This document shows, in pieces, positions 9,814 to 18,963 of a stretch of 64,000 nt of DNA; position 1 is the stretch's first letter; every line of letters starts with the position of its first letter. The stretch covers positions 160,001 through 224,000 of the forward strand of contig CAWKBC010000047.1 of the NCBI GenBank assembly GCA_963847705.1. Reading direction: 5' to 3'. Source of the DNA: an uncultured Pseudomonadota bacterium (GTDB lineage: Bacteria > Myxococcota_A > Polyangia > Fen-1088). The notes beneath the pieces are model-generated. The model was not told the origin of the DNA. It did no database searches and worked only from the letters and a program-made list of their open reading frames with translations. Made by a program: the position numbers and the translations under genes.

Positions 9814-10482
9814 TCACGGCCCGTGGCTGGCGCGACAGGTGCGGACGTCGGGAAAGTCCTGGGAGGGCTGGAGGATCATCTCGACCTTCTGTGGATTGAC
9901 GGAGTTCGTTCCGGCGGCCAGCTGTCCCTGACAGTTGTAGTTCACCAGGGCGTACCCGATCTGCGCCGGCAGGGTCAGCGGCGAGCTGCTCTGGGGCGAG
10001 GGGAAGGGCGTCTCGACATAGGTGAGGACGTTGGCCGATCCCGCCAGATAGCGCTCGGGCGCCGAGATGGTGGCGCGCGGGCCCTTCACCAGAAATCCCC
10101 CGTCGCCGTCCGAATCGTCGACGATCACGATCTCGGCCATCGCCAGCTGCTGGGAGACTTTGCCCGAGGGGGCGGCGAGCTCGACCACCGCCTCGGGCGG
10201 CGGTGGCCGGAAGATGTCGACGGTGAAGGTGTCGGCGGCCGTGTCGACGGTCGACTGCAGCCAGCGCGCCGGCATGGTCACGTCAGGGCTGCGCTGCAAG
10301 GGATCGGTCCAGAGCAACCCGACGATCGGGTGCTGGGCCTGGGCGAGGCCACCCGTCGGGCTGATGGTTCCGCTGAAGGAGAGCAGAGGCTGGTCGTAGG
10401 CCGCGCCGGGGACCACGCCCCGTCCGCAGGCTCCTGCCGCGCTGGCCATGAACAGCGCGAAGAGGGCGGCCTGATTTTTCAA
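9814..10482 (-). CDS. Hypothetical lipoprotein, last gene of the ECF/caspase operon
   Basis: TTG start overlaps the caspase-gene stop (TTGA); AGAC lipobox; DSDGDG loop. It is the C-terminal part of track ORF 9814-12018. Confidence 0.7.
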   Translation of the reverse strand: MKNQAALFALFMASAAGACGRGVVPGAAYDQPLLSFSGTISPTGGLAQAQHPIVGLLWTDPLQRSPDVTMPARWLQSTVDTAADTFTVDIFRPPPPEAVVELAAPSGKVSQQLAMAEIVIVDDSDGDGGFLVKGPRATISAPERYLAGSANVLTYVETPFPSPQSSSPLTLPAQIGYALVNYNCQGQLAAGTNSVNPQKVEMILQPSQDFPDVRTCRASHGP

Positions 10483-12038
10483 AACGAGGTCCCCGCTCCC
10501 AGCGCTGACGCGAAGGCCGGCCGCCAGTCGGTCCCGCTGCCCGCCGTGGCGGTCTGCACCCGCAGCGCATAGATCGGGAGGCCCAGGTCGAGGCGAATGA
10601 AGAAGCGGCGCCCGATGGTCAGCTCCGCCAGCGCCACCGGTCCCAGGTAAGGGTTGAAGGTGTCGCGCTGCTCTCCGTCGTCCAACGTTTGCGCCAGGTA
10701 CGCGAGGCCCACCTCCGCGCCGAAGGCGCAGGTCAGGCTGGAGCGCCGCGTGACCGGTCCGACGTCGATCGCCCGCACCACCGCCGCCGCCACAGAAAGA
10801 TCCCAGGTCGTGGACGACAGCCGCTCGGAGGCCTGCTGCGCGTGACCGAGACCGAGGCGCAGCTCCAACGAGACGGGGCGGAGATCGGCCCGCGCCGCCA
10901 CCACGGCGCCCGCCGACAGGCCCAGATCTTCGAGCGGGCTCCGAACCGCCGTCGAGATCGCCATCGCGTACGCCGCCTCGGGTCCCTGCCCCTTGCGCAC
11001 CATCCGTCCGAAGGCGACCGGATGGCTGGCCGTCTGGCTGATGGTGGCCGCCGTTCCGTCGCCCACGCTCAGGTTGGCGACGTCGAGCTCGTCTCGTTCG
11101 CGCCGGGTGATCTCGTAAGGGCCCGGCTCGAGCGCCAGGATGTCGTCGCCGCGGCTGACCGTCTCGGCGGCCATCGTGCCGTCGGCGCGACGCACGAAGT
11201 ACCAGCCGGGGACGTCCAGCCGCAGCTGCCCGTAGCCGGTCCCCGCCAGGCCTGGGCGGGTGAGGATCAGATCGTCGCGGCCGGTCAGATCGAGACGAAA
11301 GGTGGGGTGCTGCGGTCCGGTGCTGGTCCCCATGGTCGCCGCCAGCGTGTGGTCGGCGGTGTAGTCGAACACCTCGCCGAGGGAGACGTTCCCGTCGCGG
11401 TTTCGATCGGCCAGGCCCGAAAGACCGACCTCGAGATAGTGGGTGAACACGGAGGCGCGCAGCTGATCGGATTCCTGCGCCATCTCCGATCCCGAGCTGG
11501 CGGCCAGGATGGCCAGACCCCTGGTGGCTTCCCCCTTCGCCAGATCGATCTCGAACCCCGGACCCGGACGGCCGCCTTTGGGGCGCGTCAGCACTCCGGC
11601 CTGACAGGCGTCGAGGATCAGCACCTTGGTCGCCGCGGGAAGCGCGCTCACGGTCTCTCGCAGCTGCCCCAGCGGAAACGCCGAGGCGCCGAGGTGGAGC
11701 GCCTGGGCGTCGGCGTGACCCGAGTAGTAGACCAGCACCAGGTGGTCGCCCGGCGTGGTGCGCAGGCGGTCCGCCACCTCGGCCAGCGCGCTCTGCAGCT
11801 CGCCGGCCGTTCGCGCCAGCAACACCACCGTCTTGCCGCTGGAGAATCCACCGAGCCGGGTGAGGAGCTCGGCCAGACGGACGGTGTCGCTCTCCGCGAA
11901 CCGGAGGTGGGCCTCGCTCCCCTGGCCTTCGTTGTTGCCGACCAGGACGGCGAAGCGCGCCGCCGCCGCTGGAGCGCTGAGCCCCAACGAGCCAACCAGC
12001 GCCAGCAGCGGCAGGCAAGCTCTGCAGGACCTGACCAT
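10479..12038 (-). CDS. Exported caspase-family (peptidase C14) protein with a probable C-terminal outer-membrane beta-barrel
   Basis: Signal peptide, RFAVLVGNN, VYYSGHAD (His), LILDACQAG (Cys), AQESDQLRASVFT, ADRNRDGNVSLGE; amphipathic strands ending GAGTSF. Confidence 0.88.
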   Translation of the reverse strand: MVRSCRACLPLLALVGSLGLSAPAAAARFAVLVGNNEGQGSEAHLRFAESDTVRLAELLTRLGGFSSGKTVVLLARTAGELQSALAEVADRLRTTPGDHLVLVYYSGHADAQALHLGASAFPLGQLRETVSALPAATKVLILDACQAGVLTRPKGGRPGPGFEIDLAKGEATRGLAILAASSGSEMAQESDQLRASVFTHYLEVGLSGLADRNRDGNVSLGEVFDYTADHTLAATMGTSTGPQHPTFRLDLTGRDDLILTRPGLAGTGYGQLRLDVPGWYFVRRADGTMAAETVSRGDDILALEPGPYEITRRERDELDVANLSVGDGTAATISQTASHPVAFGRMVRKGQGPEAAYAMAISTAVRSPLEDLGLSAGAVVAARADLRPVSLELRLGLGHAQQASERLSSTTWDLSVAAAVVRAIDVGPVTRRSSLTCAFGAEVGLAYLAQTLDDGEQRDTFNPYLGPVALAELTIGRRFFIRLDLGLPIYALRVQTATAGSGTDWRPAFASALGAGTSF

Positions 12039-12057
12039 CACGCCCGGACGGCGACCT

Positions 12058-12894
12058 TCATGGCGCCGACTTGCGCAGCAGCACCGAGCTCTCGGCGCAG
12101 CCGGTGCCCAGGGAGCCCACGGCCTCGGGGCGGCCGCCGGCCATGGCCAGCGCAGCCCGGGCCCTTTCTTTCAAGGTCTCGGGCGGCGTCTCGGTCGGAC
12201 AAACGACCGCCACAATCCGCTCGAATCCCCCGGTCTCGTCGGCGATCACGCTTCCGGGCAACGTCACCGGGCCCGTCGCTTCGACCGGCGTCGGCCGCGC
12301 CGTCGAACCGGCCGCCGGCACGTAGATCGTCACCGACGGCGCGCCATCCAACCCCAGAACGACGGCGAAGCCGGGCCGCGCCGCGGCGACCGTGAACCGC
12401 ATCTCCTCGCCGGCGCGCAGCGGCCCTTCTCCGTTGACCGCCTCGACGGTGGGCGTCCCGCCATTCGCCGGCGTGCGCTTGACGTGCACGGTGAGAGCGA
12501 GCCCTCCCTTGGTTCGATCGGCCCCCTCCGCCGAGGTCTCGTCGGGAGAACCGCTCCGATGGCCCCAGAGGACCAACCCGGCCACCGCGGCGCTGCCCAC
12601 TGCGCCCCCGAGGCCGATCCAACGCCGCCGCGCGCGGGCCCGTCTGGTCGCCGCCGCCGCCGCCGCCGTTGCCCCCGGTGACGACAGCAGCGGCCGGAAA
12701 ACCAGCGGGTCGGGGGCCAAGGTGGGATCGGCCTGCCGGGCCGCCAGGCGTGGTCCGCAGATCGCACAGCCGTCGAGGTGATGCCTCAGGTCGGCCTCGC
12801 GGGCGTGCCCGGCCAGATCGCCCGACAGCAGCTCGTCGAGCTCGAGATCCGAAGGACAGCCCTCCTTCCGCCGGCGCGGGGCGAGCGACCTCAT
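12058..12894 (-). CDS. Zinc-binding anti-sigma factor (zf-HC2) with one TM helix and a DUF4384-like periplasmic domain
   Basis: CPSDLELDEL...HLDGCAIC (HxxxCxxC), TM WIGLGGAVGSAAVAGLVLW, then RTKGG...LPGSVIADETGGFERIVAVVC; ATGA overlap with the sigma gene. Confidence 0.8.
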   Translation of the reverse strand: MRSLAPRRRKEGCPSDLELDELLSGDLAGHAREADLRHHLDGCAICGPRLAARQADPTLAPDPLVFRPLLSSPGATAAAAAATRRARARRRWIGLGGAVGSAAVAGLVLWGHRSGSPDETSAEGADRTKGGLALTVHVKRTPANGGTPTVEAVNGEGPLRAGEEMRFTVAAARPGFAVVLGLDGAPSVTIYVPAAGSTARPTPVEATGPVTLPGSVIADETGGFERIVAVVCPTETPPETLKERARAALAMAGGRPEAVGSLGTGCAESSVLLRKSAP

Positions 12895-13379
12895 TGCGCC
12901 ACCCTCAGGTCGGGAAACAGGCTATCGACCGTCCCTCGAAAGGCCGCCAGGCGGTTGCTCACCGTCCGCCGGGAGACGCCGATCAACCGCCCAATCTCGT
13001 CGTAGGTCAGCTCGTCGAGGAAGAAATAGACCGCGATGTCTTGCAGCTCCTCGGGGACGCGGTTCAGGATCTCGAACAGCACCGCGCGGGCCTCCCCGTT
13101 CGGCGCGACCTCCCGTCCGGGCGGGTACTTCGCGAGGAGTTCGTTCCGGCGTTTCCGGTCCCGCAGCTGGTTCAGACAGAAATTGGTGGTCACGCAATGG
13201 AGCCACGCGGTGGGCGTTGGCTCGAGCGGCAACTTTCCACCGGCCCGGATGACCCGCATGAAGACCTCCTGCGTGGCGTCGCGCGCCGCTTCGTCATCGA
13301 CCAGCAGCTCGCGCGCTCGCCGGTAGACACTTCGACTATAGCGAAGATAGAGCTGTTCAAGATCATCCCAAGACTGCAA
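12891..13379 (-). CDS. ECF-type RNA polymerase sigma-70 factor
   Basis: Region 2 (ARDATQEVF..TAWL..VTTNFCLNQLR) and region 4 (LTYDEIGRLIGVSRRTVSNRL); TTG start. Confidence 0.92.
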   Translation of the reverse strand: MQSWDDLEQLYLRYSRSVYRRARELLVDDEAARDATQEVFMRVIRAGGKLPLEPTPTAWLHCVTTNFCLNQLRDRKRRNELLAKYPPGREVAPNGEARAVLFEILNRVPEELQDIAVYFFLDELTYDEIGRLIGVSRRTVSNRLAAFRGTVDSLFPDLRVAQ

Positions 13380-13839
13380 GGCGGCGCAAAGCTACCGCGG
13401 GGGATCTTGCTCGGCCAATGGTTCCTTGCGCCGATTCCGGCGCGGGGCGCTGGCGATCCCGGGTTCACATCGTGCCGGTTCTGGCCGGCCACTGCGGCGG
13501 CATCCTGCCACGTCCATGTCGCTGCGCGCCGCTGGCGGACCAGCGCTGCAGCGTGAAGAGAGAAGAGGGATTCGCGGGGCATGGTTCAAAGCGGTCGCGC
13601 CTCTCGAATATGAAAACCCCCGACCGCTCCGCGCAGAGCACAATTTTTCTTTCCGCGCGCTCGACCCGGAGCTGAAAACGACCGTGGCCCGCCGAATTGT
13701 TTGCCCCCGGAAGACCGCTCGGGGGTCCCGAACCCCAACCTGAGGATCCATCCCGCCATCTTCGGACCCTTGGCCGCCGTCCCGGTAGTCCGTCGTATTG
13801 CCGCGCCGCTGGGGCGTCCGCAAGGTGGGGTGGTGGACC

Positions 13840-14466
13840 ATGCCCGCAGGGCCGCTCATCGCCTGTCCCGAGTGCGATCTGCTCCAACGCGAGCCGTCGC
13901 TGTCTGCGCGGGGGCGGGTTCACTGCGCTCGCTGCGGGGCGTTCCTTTACCGCCAGGTCCCGGGAGGCATGCAACGCGCGGTCGCTTATGCGGCGGCCGC
14001 CGCCATCGTGCTGCTGATCGCGAACCTCTCGGTCATGGTGGGGCTGGAGGCGCAGGGCAATCGCACCTCGACCACGCTCGTGGGGACGGTGCTCTCTCTC
14101 CGGGCACAGGGCCTGGCGAGCGTGGGGGCGCTGGTCCTGACGACGGCTCTGGTGATGCCTGCGCTCGAGCTCGGGTTGACGCTCTATCTGCTGGCGCTGC
14201 TTCGCTTCCGGTCCCGCCCGTCGTGCTTCCCGATGACGCTGGCGCTGCTTCAGACCGCGCGCCGCTGGAGCATGATCGAGGTGCTCGTGCTGGGGACGTT
14301 GGCCGCGCTGGCCAGGCTCGCCTCGTTGGCGCGGGTCGAGATCGGCCCGGGGCTGTGGGCCTTTGGAGCGCTCATGGCGCTGATGGCGATGATCCCGAAC
14401 GCCTTCGACCTCCGCGAGATGGCGACCCGGCTGAACTGGCGGCCGACCCGGACTGAAAGAGGCTGA
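13840..14466 (+). CDS. pqiA: Paraquat-inducible protein A (first PqiA unit)
   Basis: IACPECDL..CARCG zinc-finger, TM helices, RWSMIEV motif. Confidence 0.88.
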   Translation: MPAGPLIACPECDLLQREPSLSARGRVHCARCGAFLYRQVPGGMQRAVAYAAAAAIVLLIANLSVMVGLEAQGNRTSTTLVGTVLSLRAQGLASVGALVLTTALVMPALELGLTLYLLALLRFRSRPSCFPMTLALLQTARRWSMIEVLVLGTLAALARLASLARVEIGPGLWAFGALMALMAMIPNAFDLREMATRLNWRPTRTERG

Positions 14467-15095
14467 TGGCGCTCACGGCTGCGCGGTCGAATCTGCTCTT
14501 CTGCCCATCGTGTAAGAGTCTGAACCGGGCGGCTCCCGCCGGCGCAGCGGCCGGCCAGGCAGCCTGCGCCCGTTGCGGCTTGGTCGTGCACCGGCGCAAG
14601 CCGCGCAGCCTTTCGCGGACGCTGGCCCTGCTGCTCGCGGCGTCCATCCTCTACGCTCCGGCGAACCTGCTGCCAATCCTGGAGACCAGCTCCCCGTTGG
14701 GATCGCAGCGCGACACCATCATGAGCGGGGTGGTCTATCTGTGGGCCACCGGCGCGTGGCCCCTGGCGGTGCTGATCTTCGTCGCCAGCATCCTCATCCC
14801 GCTGGCAAAGTTGCTGGCGCTGGCGTTCCTTTTGTTGTCGGTGCACCGGCGCTGGCGCAGGGCGCGCTTGCAGCGCGCGCGACTCTATCGCCTGGTCGAG
14901 CGCGTCGGGCGCTGGTCGATGACCGACATCTTCGTGGCGGCGATCGTGAGCGCGCTGGTGCAGCTGCAGGGCGTCGCCACCATCACGGTCGGTCCGGGTG
15001 CGCCCGCCTTCGGTGCGGTCGTGGTGCTCACGCTGCTGGCCACGCGGGCGTTCGATCCGCGCCTCATCTGGGATCGGTCTCGAGGAGAAGGATGA
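14466..15095 (+). CDS. pqiA: Paraquat-inducible protein A (second PqiA unit)
   Basis: CPSC..CARCG, YAPANLLPI, DTIMSGV, GRWSMTDIF, FDPRLIWD. Confidence 0.9.
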   Translation: MALTAARSNLLFCPSCKSLNRAAPAGAAAGQAACARCGLVVHRRKPRSLSRTLALLLAASILYAPANLLPILETSSPLGSQRDTIMSGVVYLWATGAWPLAVLIFVASILIPLAKLLALAFLLLSVHRRWRRARLQRARLYRLVERVGRWSMTDIFVAAIVSALVQLQGVATITVGPGAPAFGAVVVLTLLATRAFDPRLIWDRSRGEG

Positions 15096-16648
15096 ACGAC
15101 CAGACCCCCACGACGGGCGAGTCTGAGATTCCGGAGGCGGTGGTGGCGCGCCGGTCGCGTCTGCTGCCCGAGCTGGTCTGGGCCATCCCGATCGTGGCCG
15201 CGCTCGTCGGAGGCTGGCTGGCCGTCAAGTCGATCCGCTCGCACGGCCCGACCATCACCATCAACTTCCGGGACGCTGGCGGGCTGGCGGCCGGCAAGAC
15301 CAAGATCAAGTACCGGGAGGTCAACGTGGGCGAGGTCCGCTCGATTGGTTTCAGCCCCGATCGCGCGACCGTCGTGGTCACGGCCGAGCTGATGCGCGAA
15401 GCGGCCCCCTGGATGGTCGACGACACGCGCTTCTGGGTGGTGCGCCCGAGAATCGCCGCCAGTGAGATCTCCGGGCTCGAGACCCTGCTCTCCGGTTCGT
15501 ACATCGGCCTCGACGTGGGAACGTCGGCGCTTCCGCGGCGCGACTTCAAGGGGCTGGAGACCGTGCCGGTCATCAGCGGCGGGACGCCGGGACGGGCCTT
15601 CGTCGCCCACGCCGCGCGCTCGATCGGCGTCGGCTCGCCCGTCATCTTCCGTCATCTGCAGGTCGGACAGGTGACGGCGTCCGATCTCGACGCAGACGGC
15701 AATCGCGTCTCGGTCGGCCTCTTCGTGCGGGCACCGTACGACCGCTATGTGACGACCGCAACCCGCTTCTGGGAGGCCAGCGGTGTCGACATCTCGCTGA
15801 CGACCGCCGGCCTCAAGATCGAGACCGAATCGCTGGTGACCCTGATCGTGGGAGGGATCTGCTTCGAGCCAGGACCCGATGACCGTGACGCCGGGCCCGC
15901 CCCGCCGAACCACGCCTTCGTCCTCTTCCGCAACCGGGACGCGGCCATGAAGCAGCCCGACACGGAGGCCGAGGATTACACCCTCGTGTTCCGGCAATCT
16001 GTGCGGGGACTGGAGGTGGGGGCGTCGGTGGACTTCCGCGGCGTCCCGCTGGGCGAGGTGACGCGCATCGGGGCGGACTACGATCCCGAGCGCTTCAACT
16101 TCACGACGCCCGTCGATGTGCGGCTCTATCCTGGGCGCCTGCGCGCCCGCCTCCGCCACCCAGCTCCCACCGAGGCGCCGGCGTCCGCCGAGGCGCAGCT
16201 TCAGCGCTTCGTCGAGCACGGCCTGCGGGCGCAGCTGCGCAGCGAGAACCTCCTCACCGGCCGGCTGTACGTTGCGCTGGACTTCTACCCGCAGGCTCCG
16301 CGCATCAGGCCCGACCTCGGGCGCCACCGGCGGGAGATCCCCACCCTCCCCCCCGACGACCTGGAGGCATCGCTCGCGGGGGCTGCCAGGAAGATCGATT
16401 CATTGCCCCTGGATCAGGTCGGTCCGATCATCGGCGACGTCCGGAAGGTGCTGGCAGAGGCTGGCACGGCCTTCGCGGACGCCGACTCCGCCGTGAAACA
16501 GTTCGGCCCGACCTCGCCCCGGCAGGCGGAGCTGGATGAGGTCTTCCAGCAGATCGCCCGCGCGGCCCGCTCCCTGCGCGCGCTGGCCGACAGTCTCCAG
16601 CGGCACCCCGAATCGTTGATCAGAGGTCGGAAGGGAGCGTCTCGATGA
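15092..16648 (+). CDS. pqiB: Intermembrane transport protein PqiB (MCE/MlaD domains)
   Basis: VWAIPIVA, GLAAGKTKIKYR, TRFWVVRP, GLETLLSGSYI, SVRGLEVGASVDFRG, HPESLIRG; ATGA overlap with pqiA. Confidence 0.92.
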   Translation: MNDQTPTTGESEIPEAVVARRSRLLPELVWAIPIVAALVGGWLAVKSIRSHGPTITINFRDAGGLAAGKTKIKYREVNVGEVRSIGFSPDRATVVVTAELMREAAPWMVDDTRFWVVRPRIAASEISGLETLLSGSYIGLDVGTSALPRRDFKGLETVPVISGGTPGRAFVAHAARSIGVGSPVIFRHLQVGQVTASDLDADGNRVSVGLFVRAPYDRYVTTATRFWEASGVDISLTTAGLKIETESLVTLIVGGICFEPGPDDRDAGPAPPNHAFVLFRNRDAAMKQPDTEAEDYTLVFRQSVRGLEVGASVDFRGVPLGEVTRIGADYDPERFNFTTPVDVRLYPGRLRARLRHPAPTEAPASAEAQLQRFVEHGLRAQLRSENLLTGRLYVALDFYPQAPRIRPDLGRHRREIPTLPPDDLEASLAGAARKIDSLPLDQVGPIIGDVRKVLAEAGTAFADADSAVKQFGPTSPRQAELDEVFQQIARAARSLRALADSLQRHPESLIRGRKGASR

Positions 16649-17250
16649 GGTTGGCGCGGATCGTCGCAGTCACGCTGGTCTGCGCCGCGATCCTCGTTGC
16701 CTGCGTGCGCACACCCGAGATCCGCTATTACACCCTGAGCGCCGACGGACCCGCACGGCAGGCCGGGACGGAGTCGCCGCGGTTCACCGTTCGGGTCGGC
16801 CCGGCCTCCGTGCCCGAGGCTTTGGATCGCCCGGAGCTCGTCCTCCGCGCCTCCGCCACCGAGCTGGTCGTCGACGACAGCCACCACTGGGCCGAGCCGC
16901 TGCGGACGGGCATCGCGCGTGCCGTCGCTGGCGGCCTAGCGCGCGAGCTGGACGGGGCGCGCATCGTGGTCGCGGATGAGCGCGTGACCGGCGAGACCCC
17001 CGACGTCGAGGTGTTGCTCGACCTGCAGCGCCTGGACGCCAAGCTGGGCGACGGCGTGGCCATCGAGGTGGCGTGGGTGGCCCGCTGGACCAACGCCGGC
17101 CCCGTCCGCACGGGGCGGTCGGTCATGTGTGAGCGCCTGGCCCCTGGCAGCAGCTACGACCCGCTGGTGGAGGCCTGCGCACGGGCCCTGGCGACGCTCA
17201 GCAGCGAAATCGCGCGCTCGGTCCGCGCTGATTCCCTCGCTCGTCGGTGA
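16645..17250 (+). CDS. pqiC: PqiC family lipoprotein
   Basis: LVAC lipobox, RYYTL, VGPASVPEALDRPELV, HWAEPL. Confidence 0.88.
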   Translation: MRLARIVAVTLVCAAILVACVRTPEIRYYTLSADGPARQAGTESPRFTVRVGPASVPEALDRPELVLRASATELVVDDSHHWAEPLRTGIARAVAGGLARELDGARIVVADERVTGETPDVEVLLDLQRLDAKLGDGVAIEVAWVARWTNAGPVRTGRSVMCERLAPGSSYDPLVEACARALATLSSEIARSVRADSLARR

Positions 17251-17319
17251 GGCCGGGGGACGCGCTCGGCGCGGTCGAGGCCGGGTGTGACCGCGGCCGA
17301 GGCGCGCTGGACAATCCAG

Positions 17320-17356
17320 GTTGTTTGCCCTCCGTCCGAGTTGTTTGCCCTCCGTC
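17320..17356. repeat. 17-bp direct repeat GTTGTTTGCCCTCCGTC x2 (20-bp period)
   Basis: Exact copies at 17320-17336 and 17340-17356 in an intergenic region. Confidence 0.85.
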
Positions 17357-17389
17357 GGTGGTAATGATCGTGATGAAGGCGAGTGACGA

Positions 17390-17935
17390 GTGGGCAGCGA
17401 GTCGGCGCGAGTTGGGAGTCCAGCCAGCCACGGATGGGTCCGCACGGCCCTGATTGGTGGCATCCTGGCTGGAATCGTCAGCAACGTCGTGCTGACCCTG
17501 CTCCGGATGACCTTCCTCATCGAATGGCAGCTGATGTTGAGTCTGATCTTGGGACCCTGGCATCCCGACTTCTGGCGGGCGGTCGTCCCCCAGCTCTGGG
17601 TGCCCTTGAAGCTCTTCGCCTACCCTTTGATAGGTGCGCGGTCCTTGGACGTGGGCTTCGATGGGGGCGTCGTCTTGCTCGGTCTCGGTATCCGTCTCGT
17701 CTACGCCATCTGCTCGGGCGCGCTGTTCGGCCTCCTGGCGCACCGGCTCTCACGGATTGAGACGGTCGCCCTGGGGGTCCTGTGTGGGATCGTGTTCTGG
17801 GCGGCGAGCTCCCACGTCCTCACGCCGCCCGTCGTCCAGTCGGTCGGAAGACTGGTCGAGTTCATCCCCTACGGGTTGGCGCTGGCTGCGACGTACTTGC
17901 GGTACCAACGACGGGCCTCTTCGGTGCGGGGCTAG
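17390..17935 (+). CDS. Hypothetical integral membrane protein
   Basis: Several hydrophobic helices; coding-like GC3 pattern. Confidence 0.6.
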   Translation: MGSESARVGSPASHGWVRTALIGGILAGIVSNVVLTLLRMTFLIEWQLMLSLILGPWHPDFWRAVVPQLWVPLKLFAYPLIGARSLDVGFDGGVVLLGLGIRLVYAICSGALFGLLAHRLSRIETVALGVLCGIVFWAASSHVLTPPVVQSVGRLVEFIPYGLALAATYLRYQRRASSVRG

Positions 17936-18093
17936 CAGAGGCCGTCCCCAATCCCCTCGGACCGGGTCGACTTTCGCCGAGAGATTCCAGGCCGCGCGGC
18001 CCCTCATCCTTCCACGTAAAAACGGCGTCTGCGGACCTCGACTCTCCCACACGCGTTGGCGGGTGCGCACCCTCCCGACGAAGGAAGGACACC

Positions 18094-18936
18094 ATGGCTC
18101 AACCCGCGCTGAGTGTGAACGTGTTTACCGCCCCAGGAAAGGCCATGGTCGGCGAGCGGCCAAAACCCTTCGGCGAAGCGCTCGGCTTCGACCCGATCAC
18201 GTCGACGCTGATCTTCGGAGAGAACGACGCGGTGCTGGTGGACGCGATGACGACGGTGGCCGAGGCCGAAGCCCTCGCGGATTGGATTGCTCTGCACAAC
18301 CGCAACCTGGAGACCATCTACATCACGCACGCCCACTTCGACCATTTCTACGGCCTGGGCATCTTGCTCGACCGTTTCCCGGGCGCGCGGGCGATCGCAA
18401 CGCCCAGGACCGTGAACGCCATGCAAATGTCTTTTACGCCCCCGGTGGAGCGGTTGGCCCGCCGGATGTTTCCTGGGCAGGTGGCGACCAAGTTGGTTGC
18501 ACCCGAGCCTTTTGACCAAGACACGTTCCACCTCGAAGGCCACGAATTGCGCATCATCGAGCAGGGTCGCACCGATGTTGCCGCTTCGACCTCTCTCTAC
18601 GTTCCATCGATGGGGCTGATCGTCGCTGGCGACGTCGTGTACAACCAATGCCGCATGTATGTGGGCGACACCACCCCCGAGAGCCGAAGGAATTGGATCG
18701 CGGACCTGGACCGGTTGGCGGCGCTGAACCCGACAACTGTCGTGGCCGGGCACAAGAAGCCTGGCGCGCCCGACTCTCCCTCGGCGATCCAGGACACCAA
18801 GCGTTACCTCGAGGACTTCGATCGGGTGCAAAAAACCGCCACGTCCGACCAGGAGCTGTTCGATCAGATGACGGCGCTCTACCCGGATTGGGTGGCCAAT
18901 CAGTCGTGGTTGATGTTCGGGTTCCCCGGAGTGTGA
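18094..18936 (+). CDS. MBL-fold metallo-hydrolase
   Basis: YITHAHFDH (HxHxDH), VAGDVVYN, VVAGH; AAGGAAGGA SD. Confidence 0.92.
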   Translation: MAQPALSVNVFTAPGKAMVGERPKPFGEALGFDPITSTLIFGENDAVLVDAMTTVAEAEALADWIALHNRNLETIYITHAHFDHFYGLGILLDRFPGARAIATPRTVNAMQMSFTPPVERLARRMFPGQVATKLVAPEPFDQDTFHLEGHELRIIEQGRTDVAASTSLYVPSMGLIVAGDVVYNQCRMYVGDTTPESRRNWIADLDRLAALNPTTVVAGHKKPGAPDSPSAIQDTKRYLEDFDRVQKTATSDQELFDQMTALYPDWVANQSWLMFGFPGV

Positions 18937-18963
18937 CTCACCCTCAACGCCTGTCGCCGCGGT

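Noticed and set aside
10483-12018. 734-aa track ORF 9814-12018 as a single gene
   Set aside because: The N-terminal two-thirds overlaps the caspase gene out of frame; the real start is probably TTG 10482.
10479-12038. Caspase as a CRISPR/gasdermin/NLR anti-phage effector
   Set aside because: It has a signal peptide and a barrel-like tail, and no gasdermin, TIR, NACHT or Cas genes are nearby.
13380-13500. Autoregulatory ECF promoter (three GAACC motifs upstream of the sigma gene)
   Set aside because: No matching -10 element (CGT/TC type) at a 16-17-bp spacing could be identified.
13840-15095. Split pqiA as a pseudogene
   Set aside because: Two separate PqiA-domain genes, each with its own Cys motif and coupled start, are a normal arrangement.
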